Shown here: piece after piece, positions 39,486 to 48,989 of the stretch | Position numbering within the stretch: position 1 is the first letter of the stretch | How the letters are laid out: every line of letters starts with the position of its first letter | DNA from: an uncultured delta proteobacterium | GTDB taxonomy: Bacteria > Myxococcota > Kuafuiibacteriia > Kuafuiibacteriales > Kuafuiibacteriaceae | Assembly (NCBI GenBank): GCA_963803435.1 | Contig: CAWDML010000015.1 | Span: 1-64,000, forward strand | Reading direction: 5' to 3' | Length of the DNA stretch: 64,000 bases | The notes under the pieces: generated by a model | What the model was told of the DNA's origin: nothing | Databases searched by the model: none | The model's input: only the letters and a program-made list of their open reading frames with translations | Program-made: the position numbers and the translations under genes

Positions 39486-41741
39486 ATGCGAGCTTCATCC
39501 TCATTCACGCTCGCGACCGACCTGGATGGAACGCTGCTCGGAGGGCCCCAAGAGGCGCGTTCGGCGCTGGCGCTGGCGCTGGTCGACGCGCAGACGATCT
39601 TCGTGACGGGCCGGAGCGTGGAGACCGTCCGGCCGCTTCTCCTCGACCCCGTCATTCCCAAACCGGCCTACATCATTGCAGACGTCGGCGCGACCGTCGT
39701 CGACGCCAACACGTTCATGCCGGTGCAGCCGATCCAGGCCGAGATCGACGCGGCCTGGCCCGGGACCCATCGCGTCCTGGATGAGCTGGGACGGTTTTCC
39801 GGCCTGGTGCGCCAGGACGTTCCCCAGGAGCGCCGTTGCTCGTACTCGTTCGAGACCAGCTCGGTGGTGACGCGCGAGCTGAGAGAGGTCGTGCGCAACT
39901 TGGGTTGCGATCTCTTGATCTCCGCCGGCCGTTACCTCGACGTGCTGCCCCGCGGGGTCTCGAAGGGCAGCACGCTGCTGGCTCTGCTCGACCGGTTGGG
40001 GATGGACCGCAGCTGCGTGCTGGTCGCTGGTGACACGCTCAACGATCTCTCGATGTTCACCACCGGGCTGGCCGGCGTGGTGGTGCGGAACGCCGAGGCG
40101 GCGCTGGTCGACAGCGTCAAGGATCGAAGCGAGATCTACTTTGCCCGCGGCGACGGCGCCGCCGGTATCCTGGAGGCGCTCACCGAGCGCGGCTTCATCG
40201 CGCCGTTCTCCCGCGTTCGCCAGCGCCCGGAGCGCGTCGAGGCGAATCGGCAGCTGCTGATGGTCTACCATCGCCTGCCCTTCGAGGAGCAGCGGCGAGG
40301 GGACAAGACGATCCGTCGCTCGCCCAAGAGCCCGAACGGGATCATCCCCTCCCTCTTGGGTTTCTTCTCGGGCGGGCGGACCGGCGCCTGGATCGGCTGG
40401 TCCTTGCAGGAGCGTCGCGAGTCCCCGGGCTCGCCGATCCCGGGCTTCCAGCCGCGTGTGGAGGTCTCGTCCGCCTACCAAAACCTCACGGCCTCTCGGA
40501 TCGCGCTGACCAAGGAGGACGTGGAGCGGTTCTACAAGCGCTTCTCCAAGGAGGCGTTCTGGCCGGTCATCTTCAACTTCCCTAGCAAGGCGGTGTTCGA
40601 TCACGCGGAGTGGGAGCACTTCGTGGACATCAACCGGATCTTCGCCGAGCGCACTGCCGCCGAGGCCGAGCGGGGAGCGCTGGTCTGGATCCACGATTAC
40701 AACCTCTGGATGGTCCCCGGCTTCCTCCGCGCGCTCCGGCCCGATCTCCAGATCGCGTTCTTCCACCACACCGCGTTTCCCTCGCCCGACGTCTTCAACA
40801 TGCTTCCATGGCGCCAGCAGATCGTCGGGAGCCTGCTCCAGTGCGACTATGTCGGGTTCCACATCCCAAGGTACGTCGAGAACTTCGTCGACGTCGTCTC
40901 TTCGAACGCACCCGCCAAGGTGTTGACGCGCGTGCCGGCGGCCCCGCGGTTCATCACGTACGGATGCGCGCTGGGCGTCGACTCGATGGCCACCGAGCTC
41001 CAGGTCGGCGCCCGGCGTATCGGGCTGGGGGCCCACCCGGTCGGGATCGACGTCGACCGTATCCGGTCGCTCGTGAAGGAGCCGTCGATCGAGGCGCGCA
41101 TCCGCGAGATCCGCGCGCAGCTCTCGGGGCGGAAGGCGATCCTCTCCGTCGAGCGGCTCGACTATGTGAAGGGGCCGCTCCAGAAGATCGAGGCGTTCGA
41201 GCGGCTGCTCGAGTCGCACCCCGAGCTGATCGGAGAGGTCGTCCTGGTCAACGTGGTTACGCCGCCGGCGCCGGGGATGCAGGCGTACAAGTCGATCGGG
41301 GAGCGCCTCGACCAGGCGATCGGCCGCGTCAACGGCCGCTTCGCCCGGATCGACTGGACGCCGGTGCGCTACTTCCTGCGCGCGCTCCCGTTCGAGGAGG
41401 TGGTCGCGCATTACGCCGCCTGCGACGTCGCGTGGATTACGCCGCTGCGCGACGGGCTCAACCTGGTGGCGAAGGAGTACATCGCGGCCAAGCACGCGAG
41501 CAGCACCGAGGGCGTCCTGGTGCTCTCGGAGTTCGCCGGCGCCGCCGTGGAGCTCCACGGGGCTCTGCTCGCCAATCCGTACGACTCCACCAGCATGACC
41601 GACACGCTCCACTGCGCGCTGACGATGGATCCCAAGGAGCGATTCGAGCGCCAGCGCCGCCTCCAGCACATCGTGGAGCACAACGACGTCCGCCGCTGGG
41701 GAGACGACTTTCTGGGCGCGATCGACGGAGGCCCTGCTTGA
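39486..41741 (+). CDS. ggpS: Glucosylglycerol-phosphate synthase (GT20) with an N-terminal HAD-IIB phosphatase
   Basis: LATDLDGT, AGDTLND; YHRLP, SPNGIIP, FSKEAFWP, HDYNLW, ERLDYVKG, DGLNLVAKE. Confidence 0.85.
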   Translation: MRASSSFTLATDLDGTLLGGPQEARSALALALVDAQTIFVTGRSVETVRPLLLDPVIPKPAYIIADVGATVVDANTFMPVQPIQAEIDAAWPGTHRVLDELGRFSGLVRQDVPQERRCSYSFETSSVVTRELREVVRNLGCDLLISAGRYLDVLPRGVSKGSTLLALLDRLGMDRSCVLVAGDTLNDLSMFTTGLAGVVVRNAEAALVDSVKDRSEIYFARGDGAAGILEALTERGFIAPFSRVRQRPERVEANRQLLMVYHRLPFEEQRRGDKTIRRSPKSPNGIIPSLLGFFSGGRTGAWIGWSLQERRESPGSPIPGFQPRVEVSSAYQNLTASRIALTKEDVERFYKRFSKEAFWPVIFNFPSKAVFDHAEWEHFVDINRIFAERTAAEAERGALVWIHDYNLWMVPGFLRALRPDLQIAFFHHTAFPSPDVFNMLPWRQQIVGSLLQCDYVGFHIPRYVENFVDVVSSNAPAKVLTRVPAAPRFITYGCALGVDSMATELQVGARRIGLGAHPVGIDVDRIRSLVKEPSIEARIREIRAQLSGRKAILSVERLDYVKGPLQKIEAFERLLESHPELIGEVVLVNVVTPPAPGMQAYKSIGERLDQAIGRVNGRFARIDWTPVRYFLRALPFEEVVAHYAACDVAWITPLRDGLNLVAKEYIAAKHASSTEGVLVLSEFAGAAVELHGALLANPYDSTSMTDTLHCALTMDPKERFERQRRLQHIVEHNDVRRWGDDFLGAIDGGPA

Positions 41742-42613
41742 GCAACGACAGACCCACCGCGCTCACGGTGGTCGGACTGGTTTACTTCGAGGTCGCGGTT
41801 CCCGAGGCGGTGGTCGCGATGGGCCGTGAGGTCTTCGTCGATCGGATCGAGGTCTCGGTCGGCGGTGCCCTCAACACGGCGTCCATCGCCCACGCGCTGG
41901 GGATGCCGGTGGTGCTCGCCTATCCCTCCGGGTCGGGCCTCACCGATCGGATGGCGTCCGCGATGATCGAGGGCCTCGGCTTCGTATCGCTCACCTGGGA
42001 CGGCCGTGACGACACCGCGGTCTCGGTCGTGATCGACGGCCCCGGCGATCGCGCGTTCGTCAGCTCGGCCGACTTCGCCGCCCTCGAGAGCTGTCCCGAG
42101 CTCCCCGTATCGAGCTGGATCCATGTCCCCGGTCTGCGCGAGGCGAACATCCTCGGGCATCGACTGCGCGCCGCCAGGGCGCGGGGCGCGCGGATCAGCG
42201 TCTCGGCCTGCTGGGCGACGGAAGAGCTCGACGCGCTGTCGCGCAGCACCCACGAGTGGGATCTCCTCTTCCTCAACGAGGTCGAGGCGAAGCGTGCCGC
42301 CGGCTCGATCGAGGAGGCGCCCGCCCGGTTGGGCGGTGCGGCGCCCAACATCATTGTGACCCGCGGGCGCGACGGTGCGTTCGGAGTGGTGGGCGGAGAG
42401 GCGTTCTCGGTCCCGGCCCGACGGATCGACGTGAAGCGCGCGACGGGCGCCGGCGACGCGTTCGCCGCCGGATTCCTGTCGGCCTACGCCCGTGGCGCGA
42501 CGCCGCTCAGAGCCGCCGAGGTGGGCACCGAGGTGGCCGCGCGACGCCTCACCGCGCCGAAGACCAGGATCTTCGACGGGTCGCGCTATCACGATCTTCG
42601 GGTGGCGGGATGA
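41738..42613 (+). CDS. PfkB-family carbohydrate kinase
   Basis: GGALNTA, FLNEVEA, VTRGRDG, ATGAGDAFAAG. Confidence 0.82.
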   Translation: MSNDRPTALTVVGLVYFEVAVPEAVVAMGREVFVDRIEVSVGGALNTASIAHALGMPVVLAYPSGSGLTDRMASAMIEGLGFVSLTWDGRDDTAVSVVIDGPGDRAFVSSADFAALESCPELPVSSWIHVPGLREANILGHRLRAARARGARISVSACWATEELDALSRSTHEWDLLFLNEVEAKRAAGSIEEAPARLGGAAPNIIVTRGRDGAFGVVGGEAFSVPARRIDVKRATGAGDAFAAGFLSAYARGATPLRAAEVGTEVAARRLTAPKTRIFDGSRYHDLRVAG

Positions 42614-43890
42614 TCCGGCGCTTCACGATCGTCGGAGGGGGGAGCGCGTACGCCCCCGGGCTGCTGGCGGCGCTCATCCACCACCGCGAGTCGCTGTCGC
42701 TCGAGGAGATCCGGCTCCACGATCTCGACGCAGGCCGACTCGAGACCGTCACCTCGCTCGGGCAAAGGATGTCGCAAGCCGCGGGCGCCGGCTTCACGGT
42801 CACCGCGAGCACCGACCTCCTCGAGACGCTCCGCGACACCGACGCGGTGCTCAACACCACTCGCCCCGGCGGATTCGAGTGCAGGCGGATCGACGAGACG
42901 CTTCCGCTCGAGTTCGGATGTCCAGGACAGGAGACGGTCGGCCCCGGCGGCTTCTTCTTCGCGCTGCGATCGGTGCCCGCCGCCTTGGCGCTGGTCCGCG
43001 CGATCGAGCAGGTCGCGCCGAACGCGCTGCTGCTCAACTACACCAACCCGACCAACGTGGTGACGCAGGCTCTCACTGGGCGTACGCCGATCTCGGTGCT
43101 CGGACTCTGCGATCAGTCGGACGAGGATCTCGGGGAGCTCTGCCGCGCGCTGTCGGTGGAGCCGGTCTTCCAGTTCTCCAGCATCGGCCTCAACCACGCC
43201 GTCTGGTACGCCGACCTCGAGCTCGGGGGTGCTCCACTCCCCGCCTCGGCGCGCTCGGCGGCGCCGCCGCCTGAGCTCGCGGGCGAGTATCGGCTGCGCT
43301 TCGAGCTGTCGGTCGAGCTGGCCCGGCGCCATCCCGGTTTCTGGCCCAGCTCCTACCTTCCGTACTACTACTGGCCCGAGCGCTTCGTGGAGATGGCGAG
43401 GTCGGAGGGGCCGCGGACGGACGCGATCGTGCCGAAGCTGGACGGCTACTTCGCCCACTTCCGGGAGGAGGCGACGCGCGAGGTGCCCGAGCTGAAGCAT
43501 CACCGCGGCTCGAGCGGGTTCGGAGATCTGGCGGTGCGGGTGCTCCGCGCCCTGTCGCGTGCGATCGGGACGCCGATCGTGGTCAACGTGCAGAACCTCG
43601 GCATCGCCCCCGAGCTCCGCAACACCACGGTGGTGGAGGCGGTCTCCTACGTCTCGAGCGCCGGGATCATCCGCAAGCCTGCGCCCAGGCTCCCCCCGGA
43701 CGAGCTCCCGCTGCTGGCCCGGATCGAGGCCTATCAGCACGCTACGGCGGAGGCGGCGCTGAGCTCCGATCCGCAGCTGGCGGTGGCGGCGCTCGCCGAG
43801 AATCCGCTCGTCCCCTCGATGGAGTCGGCGAAGGCGATGTTCGAGCGTGCCAAGCGGCTGTACGGACCGGCCGTGCCGATGTTTGCATGA
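42610..43890 (+). CDS. Glycoside hydrolase family 4 (6-phospho-glucosidase-like)
   Basis: IVGGGSAY, GQETVGPGG, NYTNP, GLCD, GLNH. Confidence 0.88.
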   Translation: MIRRFTIVGGGSAYAPGLLAALIHHRESLSLEEIRLHDLDAGRLETVTSLGQRMSQAAGAGFTVTASTDLLETLRDTDAVLNTTRPGGFECRRIDETLPLEFGCPGQETVGPGGFFFALRSVPAALALVRAIEQVAPNALLLNYTNPTNVVTQALTGRTPISVLGLCDQSDEDLGELCRALSVEPVFQFSSIGLNHAVWYADLELGGAPLPASARSAAPPPELAGEYRLRFELSVELARRHPGFWPSSYLPYYYWPERFVEMARSEGPRTDAIVPKLDGYFAHFREEATREVPELKHHRGSSGFGDLAVRVLRALSRAIGTPIVVNVQNLGIAPELRNTTVVEAVSYVSSAGIIRKPAPRLPPDELPLLARIEAYQHATAEAALSSDPQLAVAALAENPLVPSMESAKAMFERAKRLYGPAVPMFA

Positions 43891-44705
43891 AGACACTCCC
43901 CGCGATCGACGCCATCGACTGGTCCCTCTACGAGCGAGTCATCGTGCTCTCGCCGCACCTCGATGACGCCGTGCTCTCGGCGGCAGGCCTGCTCTCCGCG
44001 CTCCGCGACCGTGTGTCGCGGCTGGTGGTGACGATCGCCTGCGGCAACCCGACCTCGGCCGCCGGCAAGAAGTCGCGCGTTCGTCGTGGACACACGCCCC
44101 CTGCCGAGCGACGGCGCGAGGATCGGGACGCCATGCGAGCGCTCGATTGCGACTTCGTCCACCTGGGCTTCTCGGACTGCGTTTTCCGCCGCAGCCCGAT
44201 CACCGGCGAGCTGATCTACAAGAATGCGCGCAACAAGTTTGCGATCGCCGGGCCCGACGATCGCTCGCACGTAGAGGAGCTGTTTCTGACGCTGCGCCGG
44301 CTCTGCCAGCAGATGGGGCGCGTCCTGCTGGTGGCGCCGCTCGGCATCGGCTTCCACGTCGACCATCTGATCTGCGCCCAGATCGCGCTGCGCCTCGCGT
44401 CGATCCCGAACCTCCTCTTCTACGAGGATGTCCCGTACGTGTTCGATCCGGAGGTGGGGAAGGGCGACGCGGACGGCCCGCTCTCCGCGATGGAGCGTCT
44501 CGGTTGCGTCCCCATCCATCGGCTGGCCCTGCCGTACGACGTGGCCGAAAAGGTGCGTCTCACCGGCCACTACGCGTCACAACTCCCGGCGCTCTTCCCG
44601 GAGGAGGGCGCCTTCGAGCGCAAGCTCACCCAGCGGACCTATGACGGGCGGCCCTGCGAGTTCTTCTGGCGAGCCAGGCCGCTCGAGGAATGGAGCTCAT
44701 CATGA
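43887..44705 (+). CDS. PIG-L/LmbE family deacetylase
   Basis: SPHLDDAVLS, RRRED, PLGIGFHVDH, YEDVPY, YASQ. Confidence 0.85.
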   Translation: MKTLPAIDAIDWSLYERVIVLSPHLDDAVLSAAGLLSALRDRVSRLVVTIACGNPTSAAGKKSRVRRGHTPPAERRREDRDAMRALDCDFVHLGFSDCVFRRSPITGELIYKNARNKFAIAGPDDRSHVEELFLTLRRLCQQMGRVLLVAPLGIGFHVDHLICAQIALRLASIPNLLFYEDVPYVFDPEVGKGDADGPLSAMERLGCVPIHRLALPYDVAEKVRLTGHYASQLPALFPEEGAFERKLTQRTYDGRPCEFFWRARPLEEWSSS

Positions 44706-45745
44706 TGGACTGCCACATGGCTAAGGAGACGAGGGAGCAGCCCGGCCTGGTCCGGCGGATGGTGCCGACGTGGGCGCGCTCCTCGGAGAAGGCGCTCGCG
44801 GTCCTGGAGGCTCGCCGCCAGCTCGCTGTGGTCGGCCGCGGCAGCTCGGGGAACGCGTGCACCTTCGCCACCTATCTCTACGCGATGCACCACGGGCGCC
44901 ACCCGATCGAGTTCCGCCCGTGGATCTGCACGCAGCCGAGCGCGCGCGAGGTCCGCTGGGACGACGCCGGCGTCTTCGCCTACTCCTCGTCGGGCCAGAG
45001 CACCGACGTGGCGCAGACGGCGCTGTGGCTCAAGGAGCGGGGGGCCGCGGTGGTGGGCGTGACGAACGGTCCTGCCGACTCCAACCTGGCGCGCGCGTCC
45101 GACGCGCTGGTTTCGCTCGACGCCGGCGAGGAGCGCGCGGTTCCGGCGACCAAGAGCTTCACCGCGCAGCTCTTCGCGACCGCCGCGCTCTGCGGCTTCC
45201 CCATCGAGCCCGTCGCCGAGCCGATCGCCGCCAGCATGGACTCCATCCTGGCCTCCGACGCCGCGTCGCGAATCGCCGACTTCATCACCGGCGGGCGCGT
45301 GGTCGCCTGGGTGGCGCGCGGCCCCGCGCTGGCGGCGGCCAGGGACGCGGCCCTGAAGGTGCAGGAGGCTGTCGGCATGGTCTCCTCCGCGTGGTCGGCG
45401 GCGGAGCTCCTGCATGGTCCGATCGGCGCGCTGTCCCGCCTCGATCGGATCGTGCTCATGCAGGACACGCCCGCGCCGGCCGAGAGCCTCGATGCGGTGT
45501 CGGTCAACCTGCTCGCGCGTGGCGCACCGCACCTGATGGTCGCCGACACCGAGACCTCGGCCGCCGGCGATCGCCCGCACGCGCACTTCGATCTCTCGGT
45601 GCGCGTTCCGCTGCCGCAGCCGCGGTGGGCGCGGACGATCGTGTTCGCGTTTCTCTCGCAGGTGGTCACGCTGGAGCTCGCGGAGAGGGCGGGGATCAAT
45701 CCGGATCACCCGCGCGGGCTCAATAAGGTGACGCTGACCCAGTGA
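44702..45745 (+). CDS. Double SIS-domain protein (GlmS isomerase-like sugar-phosphate deaminase/isomerase)
   Basis: HMAKETREQP, GRGSSGNA, SSSGQSTD, PATKSF, ELLHGP, PRGLNKVT. Confidence 0.88.
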   Translation: MMDCHMAKETREQPGLVRRMVPTWARSSEKALAVLEARRQLAVVGRGSSGNACTFATYLYAMHHGRHPIEFRPWICTQPSAREVRWDDAGVFAYSSSGQSTDVAQTALWLKERGAAVVGVTNGPADSNLARASDALVSLDAGEERAVPATKSFTAQLFATAALCGFPIEPVAEPIAASMDSILASDAASRIADFITGGRVVAWVARGPALAAARDAALKVQEAVGMVSSAWSAAELLHGPIGALSRLDRIVLMQDTPAPAESLDAVSVNLLARGAPHLMVADTETSAAGDRPHAHFDLSVRVPLPQPRWARTIVFAFLSQVVTLELAERAGINPDHPRGLNKVTLTQ

Positions 45746-45757
45746 CCGGGTCCCGGC

Positions 45758-46873
45758 TCAGGAGCGCGCGAGCCGCTTCGCCACCTGCGTCAGCGTCTCC
45801 GCGCGCTCGCGCTCGCCGCGGGCCTCGTGGAGGCGGGCCGTGAGCCGGTAGAGGTACGGGTTGAGCGGATTGGCCCGGATTGCCAGCTCGCACTTCTGCA
45901 CCGTGTGATCGCTCGTCGGATCCTTCTCGGCGAGCTCCTGGCAGTCCTGCAGGATCAGCCTCTGCGACGAGTACGCCGGGTTCGTCCCCTGGTAGACGTT
46001 GAAGAACAGGATGCCCCGGGACTCGCTGTCGTCGGCGAGGCTGGCCGGATAGCCGTGGAGGGCGATCAGCATCTGGGCGACGCAGAAGACGACGATGCCG
46101 AGCATGCTGAGGACCACGACGGAGAGGGCCCGGTTGGTGCCGACGTTCTGCACCATGCCCAGCGGGAGCACGTACGCGATGGCCGCGCCGACCGCAAAGC
46201 CGCCGACGTGAGCGGCGTTGTCGATGCCCGGGACGACGAGACCCCAGACGACTAGATAGATGCCCCACCGGATCAACACCTTCTTCACGTCGGCGCCGAT
46301 CGGCCCCATGCGGTGGGTACCCACCAGCGCCGCCCCCAGCATCCCGCAGACCGCGCCCGAGGCGCCCACCGAGAAGGACAGACCGCCGAGGACCACCGTG
46401 TGCCACGCATAGCTGGCGGCCATCGAGGCGGTGCCGCTGACGAGGTACATGATGATCATCTTCTTGCGATCGAAGATCTGCTCGACCAGCCGCCCGATCA
46501 CGGCCAGCCCGTAGAGGTTGAACGCGATGTGGACCAGGTCGTGGTGCGCGAACATCGAGGTGACGAAGCGCCAGTACTCGCCTTGCCAGATCCCCCAGCT
46601 GGTGATCCCGCCCAGCGCATCGATGCTGAACCCGGAGAACGCGATCGCGTTGGGGATGCCGGCGAGCATCGCCATCAAGGCGTAATAGACGAGGCACAAG
46701 AGCATCATGATCCCGGTCCCCGGTGCGCCGCGGAGCGACTCGGGGAGCAGGTGCTCGAAGATCAGGCCCTCGAGCTTGGTCCCGTGGAGGTAGCGCCCGC
46801 ACTGGCGGCACCGCACCAGCTGCGGCGTGATCAGGGCGCCGCAGTCGGGACAGGTCTTGACGTCCGGATTCAC
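45758..46873 (-). CDS. Rhomboid intramembrane protease with an N-terminal Zn ribbon and a C-terminal TPR-like tail
   Basis: CPDC/CRQC; WRFVTSMFAH, GASG, AHVGG. Confidence 0.9.
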   Translation of the reverse strand: MNPDVKTCPDCGALITPQLVRCRQCGRYLHGTKLEGLIFEHLLPESLRGAPGTGIMMLLCLVYYALMAMLAGIPNAIAFSGFSIDALGGITSWGIWQGEYWRFVTSMFAHHDLVHIAFNLYGLAVIGRLVEQIFDRKKMIIMYLVSGTASMAASYAWHTVVLGGLSFSVGASGAVCGMLGAALVGTHRMGPIGADVKKVLIRWGIYLVVWGLVVPGIDNAAHVGGFAVGAAIAYVLPLGMVQNVGTNRALSVVVLSMLGIVVFCVAQMLIALHGYPASLADDSESRGILFFNVYQGTNPAYSSQRLILQDCQELAEKDPTSDHTVQKCELAIRANPLNPYLYRLTARLHEARGERERAETLTQVAKRLARS

Positions 46874-46877
46874 GCGC

Positions 46878-47288
46878 TCAGCTCCTCGGCGGCGTCCCGG
46901 TCGAGGTGAGCGACTTCAGGATGTCGATGGTCGTCGGGTCGGTGGGATGGATGCTGGGGCCCGTGAGGTCCACATCGAAGGCGTAGGTCGCCGCGGGCCA
47001 ATCCTTCTTCTGAGGCACGTGCGCCGACACCCTCACAAAACCGTAACAGCTCGAGACGATCTCGCTCGACCAAGAAATGTCGAAATTCTCGACTCCGGGG
47101 TGAAGCGCCAGGATGGCGTCCGTGATCGTGGGGCCGTCGGGGACCGCTCGGTAGTCGCGGACCAGCGTGGTGGCCTTCTCGTGATCGGAGGTATCGAACC
47201 GCCCCTGGAGCCAGGTGAGGGTGGCGAACAGGACTCCGATCAGGGACGCGGCCAAGAGGAGCCGCCAGAGGTCCAGGCCCTTGCGCAC
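46878..47288 (-). CDS. Hypothetical membrane-anchored protein
   Basis: N-terminal TM; abuts its neighbours. Confidence 0.65.
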   Translation of the reverse strand: MRKGLDLWRLLLAASLIGVLFATLTWLQGRFDTSDHEKATTLVRDYRAVPDGPTITDAILALHPGVENFDISWSSEIVSSCYGFVRVSAHVPQKKDWPAATYAFDVDLTGPSIHPTDPTTIDILKSLTSTGTPPRS

Positions 47289-47710
47289 TAACGACGGCCT
47301 ACGCGGGATGTCACCAACTCGTCGAGCGCCTTCTTCTGCTGGGGCGACGCCCGCGCATCGACGCGCGTCCTGCGTTTGGCGGGCTGCGTGCGGACGTCGG
47401 GCGCGGCCGCGCGGGTGGCGCGCCGCAGGATCGCCACGCGCTCACTCGCGCGGGGATCATGCTGCACCTTGGGGACGCTCTTGGGCGCCGGCTTCTTGGC
47501 CGGACTCTTCCACGAGGCCCACAGCGAGTCGACCCAGGCCCTCGCCTGCGGCGCGAGCCGATGCAGGCGATAGCGGCGATACAACGTCTGCCCGCCGACC
47601 TCGATGCTGACGACCGCGAACGCGAGCCCGACCAAGACCCCGAAGAACACGAGGTAACGAAGGAGGGTACGCACGCGGACATCATCGGCCGTGCTCGTAC
47701 CTCTGTCCAA
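47288..47710 (-). CDS. Hypothetical membrane protein (start uncertain)
   Basis: N-terminal TM and basic tail. Confidence 0.55.
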   Translation of the reverse strand: MDRGTSTADDVRVRTLLRYLVFFGVLVGLAFAVVSIEVGGQTLYRRYRLHRLAPQARAWVDSLWASWKSPAKKPAPKSVPKVQHDPRASERVAILRRATRAAAPDVRTQPAKRRTRVDARASPQQKKALDELVTSRVGRR

Positions 47711-47723
47711 AAACTGGACGGGA

Positions 47724-48989
47724 TCAGGTTCGGATGAACTTCTGCTCGCCGTTCGGCCCGTCGAGCCAGCGGCCGAAGGCCTCGTGAAGGCGCGACTCGC
47801 GGGCCCAGGCGACGATCAGGTCGGCGATCGCCTGCGCCCGGGCCACCGGCTCAGGGTTCTGATCAGCGAGCGCCGCCAGCTTCTCCACGAAGTCGTTCCG
47901 GGCCGCGACCACCCGCTCCCGCTCTTCCCCGCTGAGCCAGGGCAGATCCTCGTAGTTGAGGAGCGGGAGGCCGCCGCGCTGATCGAACGTCGGGAGCCGC
48001 GCTTCGGGCTGCGCGCCGCCGGGATAGAACGTCGAGCCCGCCATGAAGCGATAGAGCCGCTGGCCCTCGCCGGGCTTCACGGCCTCGATCCGGTCTGCGA
48101 CCTCGCGCGGCAGCGACTTCACCTGGAGCGGGCGCCGCTTCGAGTCGTAGTGCAGCTCGTCGGGGGCGAGCCGAAGCAGGCGCAGCCCGTCCTTCCCGTC
48201 GAAGCCCCAGTTGCCGTTGACCAGGCCGTCGAGGAGGGAGTCGACGATCCGAGCCTTCTCCGGAGCGGTGCCGCCCCGCGTCTCGAACCCGACGCGGTCG
48301 CGGTGGCCGTAGGCGCCGCTGCCTCGCACGTTCACGATCAGGTGCTTCGAGAACGCGGTGGCGAACATGTTCTTGCCGCCGAGGATCTCTGCGCCCAGCT
48401 CGAGGTGCTGCTCGGTGGGGATCGACAGCCCCTTGATCGAGAACTTCCAGTGGTCCTCGTCGTTGCCGCGGGCGCCGCGCGTCGCCAGCGCGTCGAGGAA
48501 GCACCAGAGGTTCGCGTTCCGCATCCAGGTGATCTGGCGCTGGATGACCTCGGGTCCGCCGCCGCGCATGAAGCTGGTGTGGACGTGACCCCAGCCGAAG
48601 TTCTTGAGGAAGTCGGCGAGCTCGTCGACGTCGTCGAACGGGTTGCTGATGACCTCGATCCAGCCGTTCTTCTCGAACTCAATCTTGGTGTACTCGGCGC
48701 CCGGCAGTGCCTGCATCTTGGGAAAGTTGCCGTGGCGCGCCTTGTAAGCGAGCGCCCACTGCGCCTTGCCCTTGTCGTTGAGATCGGTCCAGGCGACCTG
48801 CGCCGAGGGCTTCACGGCCACGCCGGCCTGCAGGAGGTCCTGCGTGACGTTACCGAGCAGGCTCGCGTCCCACGCGCTGGGGATGGTGCCGTCGAGCTTC
48901 CTGCCCGCGTCCATCTTGCGGAGATTGAACTCCTTCTCAGCGCCGGTCTGGACCGGGTTCCGAGTTGCGATGTCGATCAGCCTCGTCAT
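47724..48989 (-). CDS. Putative amidoligase (COOH-NH2 ligase, glutamine-synthetase-like fold)
   Basis: GAEKEF, IEVISNP, GHVH and FETR in canonical order; ATG 48989 overlaps the upstream TGA. Confidence 0.6.
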   Translation of the reverse strand: MTRLIDIATRNPVQTGAEKEFNLRKMDAGRKLDGTIPSAWDASLLGNVTQDLLQAGVAVKPSAQVAWTDLNDKGKAQWALAYKARHGNFPKMQALPGAEYTKIEFEKNGWIEVISNPFDDVDELADFLKNFGWGHVHTSFMRGGGPEVIQRQITWMRNANLWCFLDALATRGARGNDEDHWKFSIKGLSIPTEQHLELGAEILGGKNMFATAFSKHLIVNVRGSGAYGHRDRVGFETRGGTAPEKARIVDSLLDGLVNGNWGFDGKDGLRLLRLAPDELHYDSKRRPLQVKSLPREVADRIEAVKPGEGQRLYRFMAGSTFYPGGAQPEARLPTFDQRGGLPLLNYEDLPWLSGEERERVVAARNDFVEKLAALADQNPEPVARAQAIADLIVAWARESRLHEAFGRWLDGPNGEQKFIRT

